In this document: positions 53,048 to 64,000 of the stretch, piece after piece | Layout: each line of letters opens with the position of its first letter | Numbering within the stretch: the first letter of the stretch is position 1 | From: Phoronis australis | Lineage: Eukaryota > Animalia > Phoronida | DNA length: 64,000 nucleotides | Direction of reading: 5' to 3' | Assembly: GCA_002633005.1 (NCBI GenBank) | Contig: NMRA01000068.1 | Coordinates: forward strand, 633,505-697,504 | Made by a program: the position numbers and the translations under genes | The notes under the pieces: model-generated | What the model was told of the DNA's origin: nothing | The model's database searches: none | What the model saw: only the letters and a program-made list of their open reading frames with translations

Positions 53048-53959
53048 AAATTTAATAAAGGTTGTGCAGTGGGTTTAGGAGATCACCTATGGGAGCAAAA
53101 CAAAACTACCACTAGGAGACACCTTGGCAGTCGAAGTCATCGCCAACCGACCTCTTCACACTGAGCAATTTCCAAATCATCCTAAGAATGGATTGGTTGA
53201 TAGAGGGTGGACTCAAAAACAGCAAAAATGGCCACGATTTCATCCGAAAACCGGAGGATAGCGTCATCTCACCAATAGATGCCTATATTCCAAATTTTAT
53301 GAAAATCCGTTAAGGACCTTTGAAGATAAAGGTAAATGTAAAAAATTAAAATTGCCACTAGGGGGTATACCAATAGTGAGATGCATCCGAAAGTCGTGGT
53401 CGTTCGCTGTCAACATCATATAAACAAACTTGCTAAATTTAGTAAAGATCCTGCAAACAGTTTAGGAGATGCAGCTATGTGCGCAGAAAAAAACAAAACT
53501 GCCACTAGGAAGCACCACAATAGTCGAAGTCATCGGAAAATCATAATGAGCCATCCTCTTCATAGTAAGAACATGCATGCCAATTTTCACAATCATCCTT
53601 ATAGCGGTTTGGTTGATAGAGGGGTGGACGCCTACAAACATACTCGTAAACAGTAAAAATGGCCACTAGGTGGTGCAAACTACGTCAAATCCATCCGAAA
53701 GCAGGATGATAGCGTCATTTCCCTAATAGATGGCTATATGCCAAATTTTATATGAAAATGTGTTGAGGGCCTTTGAAAATACAGAGGTAAACATAAAAAC
53801 TAAAATTGCCACTAGGGGGCACACCGGTAGTCAGATCTGTCCGAAAGCTCACTCGTGCTGTCCCATCCAAGAAAGGAGCATTGTGCAAAATTTCATGTAC
53901 ATATGTCAAACAGTTTTGGAGATAGAGCAGCGGATGCCATACGGACGAAAGTTAACAGG

Positions 53960-54036
53960 TATTAAAATGATGAACGTAAAAATTTTTCTGTAAAACAGTA
54001 TTAAAATGATGAACATAAAAATTTTTCTGTAAAACA
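53960..54036. repeat. ~39-bp tandem duplication
   Basis: tattaaaatgatgaac(g/a)taaaaatttttctgtaaaaca twice. Confidence 0.85.
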
Positions 54037-55017
54037 TGAATAAGCACTGCAGCAGTGAGCAAGTGCAGAACAAGCCAGTACTATTGTGCAGCACTGTAGT
54101 TAAATACCGCAGAATCTGAGAATGCGTCGTGGTATTTCAGGATGGGGCTATTTCCAGACCACACCATTCACTAAAACCTTTCCTGTGAAACCATTCTACA
54201 TCCCTCATCCAATAGTAGTAATAATTCGTTGAGGTAATGGTGGAATTAACAGGCTCAAGTAATGCCTGGTTAAACTGTCCACATAATACCTTGTATTAGC
54301 CAGAATACATTACCCACTAGACACAGTCAGCTCCAAGTGCTAGAGTAGACAGAGTTATATGCCACAAAATTAATGAAAATATACTCAGCTTATTGATCAT
54401 GTCTGCAGAAAAATGAATTTTGCGCCATGAGGTGGTAAGGCAAATGTCTCATTTGTTGGCATTTATTAACCTGATTAGCACAAATCCTTACAGTACGCAA
54501 GAGAGGTGACCTAAGTGCTCAGCCGTTTACCTTCAATAGTCAATGAAAATTCGTTGTTGCGTCACATGACAACAATACATCTCTCGTTTGCTGACTCATT
54601 GTAATCATTTGCCCTACATTTACGCTGTTAACTATGAATGTGACAGGTTACCAAGCACTTTACTTGCATCAAGTTATGAGCTGAACTAAAGTTCACTTGA
54701 GGACAGCTCAGCTTGATGCTGCTCTTTTGTACCAGCTCTATTACTAATTATAAACAACTCACTACACACAAGCCCCATATCTAATATTCTGTAATTAAAT
54801 AAAATAATACTCTCAGGAACAGACCTCTAATAAAATAGAGCTGATATCCTCATACCTCGTCATGTACTTATGGCTGAAGAAACTAAATGACAAGTCTCTT
54901 TTTTAGCATTTTGGTTTCACATGGCTTATTGTAACAACAAAAACAAGAGGACCAAAGCAACTTAGAAGTTGGATTCAAATCTCAACCTGGTCATTTCTGA
55001 CAATCATTACCACATAC

Positions 55018-55131
55018 TTCACTCTATCCTTTGAGTCCCCAAAGTTTTCCTTCAGGTTGTTGAGATCAGGATAAAAGTCTGCCGGAGGTGCTATCACTTC
55101 TAATATGCCTTCTGCTAAAGCACCTTTGAAG
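55018..55131 (-). CDS. MGAT4: MGAT4 exon (FKGALAEGILEVIAPPADFYPDLNNLKENFGDSKDRVK)
   Basis: ttttccag acceptor, gtatgt donor; FYPD and FGD..RV motifs. Confidence 0.95.
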
Positions 55132-56179
55132 CTGGAAAAGAGAGTGATAATTAACGACCAACGTCATCACTTCAAAATGGGCACCATTCAACTGTGTGAT
55201 ACTTTCCAATGCCCACACAAATAGCTGCCACATTTTTTACAGTCCCCTCCCCTAAAAAGTGCTTTAAAGTTAATGACCGAAACCTTTTTTTTATAATGTT
55301 TATTACGAAATTTTCGATACAATGAATATACATAACCCAGAAAGTGCCAAGAGGCATTATATCTGGGTTAAAAAAGTACAAAGCAATCTATATACAATTA
55401 TTTTACACAAATACATAAAAAAGAAATCTGTATACAATTATTGTTAAGATTACAATGACATATGATTACGAAAGTAAATAAATCATTTTCATACACATCT
55501 ATACAATTCTATCCACTCACACAAAGAGATTTAATATAAATTATAAAGAAATTTTGATACTGTTTCGAATAAAACCTTATTTTCATTTGGGTTGAGTTCT
55601 TGATTTCCATATAGAAAAAAATTAATTTTGTTGTACACTAATTGCGGAATTTGCGAAACCTTTAAAAATGTGCACATCACCCATTAGTCTCCCGTCGCTT
55701 GTGTCTGACTACTAAGTGCACATGGGTTAAAGAAAACAGGCCTACCTCTAGGTGAGTATTATTGACGTTACTACTCATTAAAATTATTTCCAAATTAAAG
55801 TGTCAAGTTGGTTAACAGTAACAATTATTTAAGGTGATATTGTCGCCAATATTGTCTTCTTCATTTTCATCCAACCTCACCCAATGAAAACTTGAATGAA
55901 GACCTCGAGTACTTGAGTGAGCACAGCATCCTATATGACTGATATTGAAATGTTCAAACAGTTCTTTTAAGGACTTTTAAGTACAGCTCAGACTCACACA
56001 TATAATCAATGCCACTATTAAAGGCCACACTTCCCAAAAGAACTGGTCACTAATTGTACTATAACCAGACAGATGCTAGACCAGTTAGTTCACTGTAATG
56101 GCACATTTTTAGTCATAACAAAATTACTACATTTAATAATTACCAAAAACAATAACGTTGAAAAGGTACTTACTGCAGT

Positions 56180-56957
56180 AATGCAAATCAAAATAACTTA
56201 ATTAATTTCTGGACTTATTGAATACTAATGATAACGTAGCGTCCCCATCTCGGAGACTTCTACAGACCATCTGAAGCCAAAGTGCAGGCGTGTCAGCTTT
56301 GGCAGAGATTGTTGTCACGCGAGTTGTGGCACAATTTCTTTGGTTGGTGACATCATGCACCATTCCACACAGCTGACTGGTTATGTCTTATTCCTCCGTG
56401 TTTGTTGAGGCTGGGGGACTCAATTCTCTATTGAATCACTTCTCTCACACCATGAGAAAACCAAGCATCCTCAGTATCAAGGATCACCACATTTTTCATA
56501 GAAAAATCATGGTCTGATACGCAAAGGTGACTAAACACTGCTGAGTCATAGTTATCTCCATTAGGTAGGGTGACGGTGATGATAAACCCTACTTTTAAGA
56601 GCCTGTTTTGTTTCCCCAACATGGAACTGTATATTCTTTGTTCCCACACCTTATCCCATTTTTGACATTACAATGTTTTTCCTACGGTAGTTTGTCTTTC
56701 ACATTTAACTATTAGTAATTAACTCCAAAGAGAGTTAATTGGTTTGAATGCTGTGGACATTTCATGTTAGTGGTGTTTTTTCACCCGCTCCGAAATACTA
56801 GGGATTAGTCACGTGAGCCATCACTTTGGCTTCAGACGATCTGTAGAAGTCTTTAAGATGGGGACGCTACGTTATCATTAGTATACAGCAAGTCCAGAAA
56901 TTGATTCATTTTGATTTGCAAAATGACACAACTTGATAAGTAACATACACTCAATTA
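56180..56957 (-). mobile_element. Penelope-like element remnant with inverted pLTR segments
   Basis: Minus-strand GIY-YIG C-terminus (SAVFSHL...VILDTE..WF..GVRE.I..R...PSLNKHGGIRH); ~100-bp inverted repeat 56182-56283 / 56822-56920; 13-bp TSD tacttactgcagt. Confidence 0.85.
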
Positions 56958-57509
56958 TACTTACTGCAGTCATATGAACTTCGCATAATTTACATACAAA
57001 TGTGGTTTTGTGTTTCAGTTGGAAAACCAACCCGAATCCCTCACCCTTTGGAGTCAGAGCTGGTTTTCACTAGCTTAATATGCAAAATCTATTGCACTTC
57101 CTGTATCACAGTCAAAATTATGACAGAAACAGTTCCACAAAAGGAAGATGTTTCTTAACGTTGAAATACTTTCTTTCATTCTTCTAGGAAGTAAAGAAGG
57201 TACCAGAATTTCCCATCTGAATACCTTAACCGAAAGCCGAGTTATGCATTGGAAGGCAGTGGCGCCTCCTCAAGGAATTCTACAGAAAAATATTGGATCT
57301 GCTGTCTATGGTCTATGATATAATCAAAGAGCTTCGTTTAGATATTTAAATGCAACAATAAGATTACAACAATTGAACAATTACCATGAAGACTATCTAG
57401 TGGCAAACGTTAAATATTTGTCATTAAGAGAATTTCCTCACATTTTCTAGCAACATTTGACACCAATGTGCCCAAATTAGACTAACTGCATGTACACGTA
57501 GTTACTTAC

Positions 57510-57559
57510 TTTGTTTGCAGTTTGGCAGCCACTTGTTTGACATAGTCTAGGTCCCAAGG
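57510..57559 (-). CDS. MGAT4: MGAT4 short exon (PWDLDYVKQVAAKLQT)
   Basis: ttttcag acceptor, gtaagt donor; phase and length fill the gap between neighbouring exons. Confidence 0.85.
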
Positions 57560-60175
57560 CTGAAAAGTCAAACAGAGAATTTCTATCAAAATTAATATTT
57601 ATTGCAACATAGTGTAAAATATAACACAATGTCCACAGGATTGAAAATACAACCAATCCATCAATTTCTCCTTATTAACAATGTTGCTACTAATAACAAT
57701 AAAACAGCTGTAGTAATAATAAAAATTAAAACAACAAAAATCAAAATAAAACATTTAGTGACCTTTACCTGACCAATGAAACCTCAGATTTTGTTTGGAA
57801 ACCAGGTAAAAATCCCAAGTACACATGTGAGCACACGCTCAAAATACTACAAGAAGTAAAACAGACAAGAGTTGTAATTGTTCGGCAAAAACTACACGAC
57901 TCATGCATAGATAATGTATCTTGATCATCTGTTTTCCTATTAGGAGGGAGCTGAGCCTGTGCAGAAATTGGTAAGCAAGCAGACAGTATACTCCTAATTT
58001 TCCATTTTACTAAATAACAAGTAGTGGAGGCTAAGCCTTTCCCAACCCTGCAGACAGGGTTTCCTTGTTTTGGTGAGCTCCTTTCCCATTTGGCAACCTG
58101 GGAATCTGCTAGGGCGCATTTGGCGAGACACCAAGATCAGTATAACTAGTTTTATAAAATGTCATTTAAATATTATTCAATCAAGATTTTCTCACCACCT
58201 TTATGTCCCCATAAGTTGCTATATATTATTCTCAGTTTAATAATAACCATTTCAGTGTTCATCTATTATTTTATAATTATTATCTGAAAATTATGAACAT
58301 GTCAATTCCCACATTTTAAAACCAACACCTACATTTCTGTCAGTATTTCTCCCTAATTATTTGTTATTACAACCGTGAGGAAGGGAACAATAACTTATCA
58401 ACTTGAAGAATAACAAACATCTGACACATAAATATCTAGCATAGTGAAAGCACAAAAGCAAATAGTCCCATGACCTAATGTCCAAACTAAGACATCTGAA
58501 AGAAACTTTGAATGTCTTAAATAGAAATCGTGCCGTCGAATATGAGAGAAACATTGATATAAGCTCAAATAAAAGCTTACAGTGATGGTAAAAAAATATA
58601 TGAACAAGTTGGTGTGGGTTTAAGACTGATATACCACCAACTGAAAAATCTCTTTATCTCGGAGAAAATTGTTGTTTTCCAAGCAGAGGCCTTTGTAATT
58701 TCAAGAATAAGGAATTGGTTATTAAAATGATGGTAAACATCTTGGACTAACAGAAATGAGTGTAGCAGAACAAAGGAGGTGGTGAGCTGGGTAACTCCTA
58801 GCCTTACTACCAAGCTTTTGAGTATGACTAGGTGTTAACGCATTTAAATGCAGCTGAAACAGGCCATTGTAACCTGCAAAAACATAAAAAAACAACAGGT
58901 TTGAGCAACAGATTCCTGCTGCCCGAAATGCTGGATGGAAATTGAAACAGAACACCATGTCAGATGGTGTTTCACTAACCAAAGCATTAGAAAAGACTGC
59001 GTTGGAAGTAAAGCAGTTTTAGTGAAAACTGTCATTATACCTAAGAAAAACATTAAAACACTTGGCAAAATTCCTCAAGCTGGCTGGTAGACTTCCTGAG
59101 TAACAGCAGTGAAATTAAAGCACAGAGTTCGTGGCAGTGGGCCTATAGAAGGCCTAAGTAACGGGTCCGCCTTTCTGTTTTGTGGACTTTAATTCATATA
59201 ATTCCTACACCACTGTTCCATTATTATAAACATTATTAATGTCAAATTCTGTAAGATGAACCGAGCTGACAAGGACAATACACCGTGTCTTCCTTACGTA
59301 AAAATTTTGTGTCATTGGACTTTTTCGTGTGAATCGTTTTAATATCCAAGTGCCACAGCTTCACCAATAGTTCTGAGCAGGCACGACTTTTCCCCAAACA
59401 TGTCACTCAAACTAGATCGAAGAGTAGCCAAAGATATACACCATGCCTGCCTAAGCCACAGTGTGGATCCAGAGACTTTGAAAGGGGGTCAGTGTGTGAT
59501 GAATCACGGCCGATGGATCATCTGCATTATAGGGAATGCGGAAACGGTGGACATTTCTTGGTAGGATAAGAATGCTCACTTTTACAAGACAAGAAGAATT
59601 CAGATCACTCACATCTACACGTTGCTAACTGAGATGAGAAGTGGTTCCTAGATTTAGAAAAAATGGCATTTAGGTATTGCTCAAGACCATGCTCTGCGCA
59701 TAAAATAACCGGTCATAACAAGACCATAACAAGGCCAACTTGTGGAGCCTAGTCTTAAACATTAACAACCTGTCACTTCTTTCCATATGCAGAACACATC
59801 TCATCAGGACTCATCTCATTAAGATATGGTAAGGAAGAATTTGAGACCAATTTCATAACCACAGTAAGTGGTCTAAATCAAGTTTGTTTTATGATGGAAC
59901 AGGACATTATTGGCGCAGCTTCACAAATGTCATACTTTGAAGCAAATCAAGGATACGGCAATTCCACCATTTTGATATACGCTATTAACCAAAACAAAAT
60001 GAGTCATTTCCTCAATTGCAGATTTTTGTATTTTTTTCATTTAGAAATCAACATAGTTAGTCTCCACAAAATACTCAAAATGTATTTAGTATTTATATAT
60101 TAAACAAAAAACGATGCGCGGTGAACAATTTTGAATATTTAAAAGCTTTTTTCAGTGAAATTCAAAACAACTTGC

Positions 60176-60309
60176 CTCAGCCACGATGACGACAATGAGT
60201 GCATCACGACCTTCTTCTGTGTTGACGTTCTCCAACAGTGATCTGATAGTGTCGACCAAGTACTCCTGCTTCGACCTTTTGATGGTGGGAACACCAAACA
60301 CCAGGCTTA
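60176..60309 (-). CDS. MGAT4: MGAT4 exon (VSLVFGVPTIKRSKQEYLVDTIRSLLENVNTEEGRDALIVVIVAE)
   Basis: gttgtag acceptor; ends at GAG|GCAAGT (GC donor). Confidence 0.9.
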
Positions 60310-60767
60310 CTACAACATGATTAGTCAAACTATGTTCAGAAGCTCCTTAAAACTGTCAAGATGTATAACTTCTCAGCTACCCTAAAAGGTTCCCTTTTTA
60401 TAATGGACAATGTTGCAATCACGATTAAAGTTTTACGCAGGAAAACAATTAACAACATACAAATATGGAGTGATAAGGGAATGATATCAGGTCACATGGA
60501 GCGAAAAACACCAATATTGCCCAAGGATAGAGTTTAATGGCAGTAATGCTAATATTGCCCGAGGACAGAGTTTAATGGTAATACTGCTCCCCCAAAGTCT
60601 ATATAACTTGATACGTCTGAAGAATTGGTCTTTATGTTTCTATGCCGTTATCATTAGCACAATGTCAACTTTTTAAAGTCAAATTTTCATTTTTACATTC
60701 ACAACAAAACACCACCACGGTCAATTTTAATGAACCCTTTTGAAATGAAAACTTCACAATTTAACTA

Positions 60768-60965
60768 AACAAGAGCAACACGGAGCATTGAAGTGCACCG
60801 ACAAATGCACCGCAAACAGTGTGCTTCTAGGGGTGTTTATTTCTGTCATAAAAATGGCCACTAGATGGCGCAAAATACGTCGAGTCCATCTGAAAACCGG
60901 TATATGTCATCAAAGATATTTACCAAATTTCCTAAAAATCTGTCCAAAAACTTCTGAAAAATCGA
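60768..60965 (-). mobile_element. HINE-like 3' fragment
   Basis: aacaagagcaacacggagcattg...ggccactagatggcgc. Confidence 0.75.
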
Positions 60966-60981
60966 GGAAAACAAAAAAAAC

Positions 60982-61323
60982 GAGAGCGCTCGGAGGAGCG
61001 ACACTTGGCGAAATTACGCGAAAACAGGACGATTTGGAGGACGACGACGGCGAAGGTGGAGATTATGAACAACACGACAACATTCATGTGACTAGCCAAT
61101 AAATCAGTAAGAAATAGCCTGCAGTCTTGTTCACGCACCCGGTAAACTGGCAACAGTGCAAGAGCACTCGGGGAGCGACACTTGGCGAAATTAGGCGAAA
61201 ACAGGACGATGGGGAGGACGACGACAACGATGACGGCGGAGATTATGAACAACACGATAACATTTATGTGACTAGCCAACAAATCAGTAAGAAATAGCCT
61301 GCAGTCTTGTTCACGCACCCGGT
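60982..61323. repeat. ~180-bp tandem duplication with a decayed third copy near 61565-61700
   Basis: gagcgacacttggcgaaatta...gcagtcttgttcacgcacccggt repeated. Confidence 0.85.
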
Positions 61324-62966
61324 TTCTCGGACGGCAGACGACAGAAGTTGATAGCAAATGACAGTCACCGGTTTGCATCAAAAGTAGGTAAAAACTTGGG
61401 TTCTCTCATTCAAAAACACAAGCAAATCAGTTTCCTGGCATCTGTTTTCAATAAATTCCTCGAACAAAGAGCCAAACCTGACATAAACCTGTATATGAAT
61501 AGTAGGCACTAGAATTTGCTCCGTGGCCACGACCTGACTGTTCAGTGCTACCTACAATCTTTCGCAACACTAGGCGAAATTAACGACGATGATTGTGATG
61601 ATGAAGTTGGCGATTATGAGCAACACTATAACACTCATGTGACTAGAGAAGATGTGAGAAATCAGTAAATAGGCTACAGTCTTTAGCGACACTTGGCGTA
61701 CAGCAAAATCGGTCAACAAAGGAACAGCGATTTAAGAAACTCTCGAATAATTCAAAAAGTAGACGTCCTAGCAACATATTGAAAATATCTTCTGAAAGCC
61801 CGTTCAAAATTTTATCTAACCTTCCAGTTTTGTAAAATTCTGTAAACTTTCTTAAAAAAATGTAATTTTGCATTTTTTTTAAATTCAAAGTTAAATAACT
61901 CGAAAACGGTAAGTCGAGAAAATTGTTATAGTTCAGCGTCTTCCATTACAATAAAGTTTAAGAGTCACTGCATGAGAATGTCAGGCAATTTGCAATATTC
62001 TGGGAACATGACATGTCACAAATTTTAAATTTGATATAGTAGTTCTGTCTTTCGTCACTTTGTAAATATATAACGAATAACTAAATCGGATGAAAAATTG
62101 GCCGTAACCACTTGTGCGCGACTGTGGAAAATGCTCCATGTTTCCATGGGAATTAAACCACTTTGCTGGCATTTAAAAAATCAAAATTTGATCGAGTTAT
62201 ACACTACTATCCTTTTTGAAATGGAGAATGCCAAAAATAAATCAGAATGACGTATTTTGATATTTTTAAGGAACTTTTGAGTGCCTTACCTCCACGGGCC
62301 AAAACAACTACCCATTTAGACCTACATAGAGGTCTATGTAATTCAAGCACGCAAAATCGGTCACCACCCACACATGGGTTCTGTGATGGCTACAGCTCTC
62401 GTCTTCGACGAGATATCTTTATTTCTGTGGACAGCACCTTTTTTAATTCTCAAATTTACACTTTAGCCAAGGCACTTTTACCACTTTCACCTGTTTCATA
62501 TTGCCACCAATAGAGGGCAGCAAAGCAGAAAATATGAAAAAATATGATCCAAATTGGAAGTGAATTGTAATAAAAATCATTTTAAGTTTTATTCAAGATA
62601 ACTAGAATTGGTTCAAGCGTTCATTTAGCAAAATGTTGCGTTATTGACATTAAGCTAAGAAACGGAATGATGTTCACGAAAATAGGCCACAATCTGAAGC
62701 AAAACGGCAGCAGCCAGCGAGCCGCTGTGTTACCTGCAACAAAAATATTGTCGGATACCTCTAAAGTGTCAACGCACCAGATCAATTGGAAGAATTGGGA
62801 GTTGATTGGCAATCAGGCACAAATGGGAGCGTGAGAGACAAAGGAACTGGCCAGCCTGTTAGAACAAAAGGTCATATGTCCAAAGCACCGTATGCCAGTA
62901 TGGCAACATCCAGGTAGTAAGGTGTTTTTTTGCCGCCTCAGGAATGCAAAGAATGTTCACCACTTA

Positions 62967-63528
62967 ATCCCAGGATTACATCAACTTAGTAATTTCTCAT
63001 TTGAAGGTGAGCTATGTAACAATTTAAAGTATGGGCTGCATGCAATCACATAGACTATTTTGACTGCTCCTGGTTTTCTCAGAAATCTCACAAACCATCT
63101 GAGAACCAGTTTCAGATGTGTATGTGGTCTAAAACAAAAGTTAAATATGTGATGGAATAGGATATTCTTTCATAGCTTGTTTTTTTAATTAAAGGACTTG
63201 TATTCTAATGCTTACAACTAAGTTACCTATTTCAACAGGAAAATTGGTTGCTTGGAAAGCATATGGGATCGGAGATGGGATGCTTTTGGAGAATCCTGCT
63301 TCTCATACCAAACCAGTGGAACTAGTGGTTTAGGAATGTCATGCTGCATCCTTTATGAGACCTTTCACTAGTTTCAGCAATCGAAAGACAGAGGCATTTC
63401 CGTGTCCAAAAGATGGCTGTAACAGCACTTTTGCCTCTCGAAACGAACTCAAGCAGCAAGTTAGCATGGTCTGGCATGATAAACAGCCAACAGCACCTGA
63501 AGCTCATCGCTATGTGGGGAGAAAGTGA
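62967..63528 (+). pseudogene. Spliced transposon-derived gene relic with degenerate C2H2 zinc finger
   Basis: IPGLHQLSNFSFE, GT-AG intron 63007-63238, then GKLVAWKAYGIGDG...FPCPKDGCNSTFASRNELKQQVSMVWH; in-frame TAG at 63331. Confidence 0.6.
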
Positions 63529-64000
63529 GCTGCCAAAGTCACTTGCATTGAAATAGAAGGTGAAGTCCACGACCTAACAGCATGCTCATGAACTCAATTT
63601 GGCATAAAAAATCCATAAGTTTGACATATAACCTTTGATATGCATTTTAGTTACTGGCTGTTCCTAGTTGACATAATAATCAACATGGATATGCGCTGTG
63701 TGATGTTCTATATTACAACCCAACAAAAAGTGAAGCTGTTGTAGAACATGTTACGGTAAAGTCGCGTGATTTTCGGACACTGAAAATTAATTCCAATAGA
63801 AAACGTAGAAAATATATCTGAAACTAAATAAGGCGATTCAGATCCTCCCAAGGATACTCTTGTTTCGTGAAATGAAGAATATAAATCGGTAAATAAAACA
63901 ACAAGAATGGATCAACTGAAATTTGAAATTTTCGGAGGTAACAACTTCCTTTATCAACAAAAACAGAAATAAAGTAAAATCAAACACAAAATGACAATTG

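Larger units (their letters stand above)
51460..53950 (-). mobile_element. HINE-like element (outer), split by a second copy
   Basis: 3' end reversed at 51460; body resumes at ~53048 and runs to the microsatellite region at ~53950. Confidence 0.8.
39965..60309 (-). other. MGAT4: MGAT4 (alpha-1,3-mannosyl-glycoprotein 4-beta-N-acetylglucosaminyltransferase, GT54, MGAT4A/B-like) gene span; 5' exons not in window
   Basis: Ten exons join in frame: G.PT.KR...[60 protein letters not shown]. Confidence 0.96.

Noticed and set aside
60788-61381. Acidic-protein ORFs (104 and 149 aa)
   Set aside because: Derived from a HINE end plus the ~180-bp duplicated (GAC)n-containing unit; no protein family signal
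60310-64000. Upstream MGAT4 exons (TM and stem region)
   Set aside because: No convincing match with splice sites found by eye; probably beyond the window

Overview
AT-rich, intron- and repeat-rich animal genomic DNA, probably a marine invertebrate or lophotrochozoan (inferred from repeat types, not proven). Two convergent multi-exon genes were read directly from the sequence. On the + strand are the last 12 coding exons of SDA1/SDAD1 (60S biogenesis factor; 4614-30963). On the - strand are the last 10 coding exons of an MGAT4/GnT-IV N-acetylglucosaminyltransferase (60309-39965), one with a GC-AG intron. Both 5' ends appear to lie outside the window. Introns are full of transposon material. 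The dominant family is Helentron-associated (HINE/DINE-1-like), with ~150-bp internal monomers that each carry a CTCF-like motif; its orientation flips at the gene boundary. Also present: Kolobok elements (one with a THAP domain), Tc1/pogo-type, hAT-type and Harbinger-type MITEs, a solo LTR, a truncated LINE inside a minisatellite, a Penelope-like element with a variant hammerhead, a spliced zinc-finger/transposase relic, tRNA-derived SINE heads and tandem repeats. There is one assembly gap (52375-52583). Most ORFs in the supplied track are spurious. Family assignments come from structural hallmarks and remembered motifs, not database searches. I did not find a clearly novel biological system; the best leads are listed as findings.
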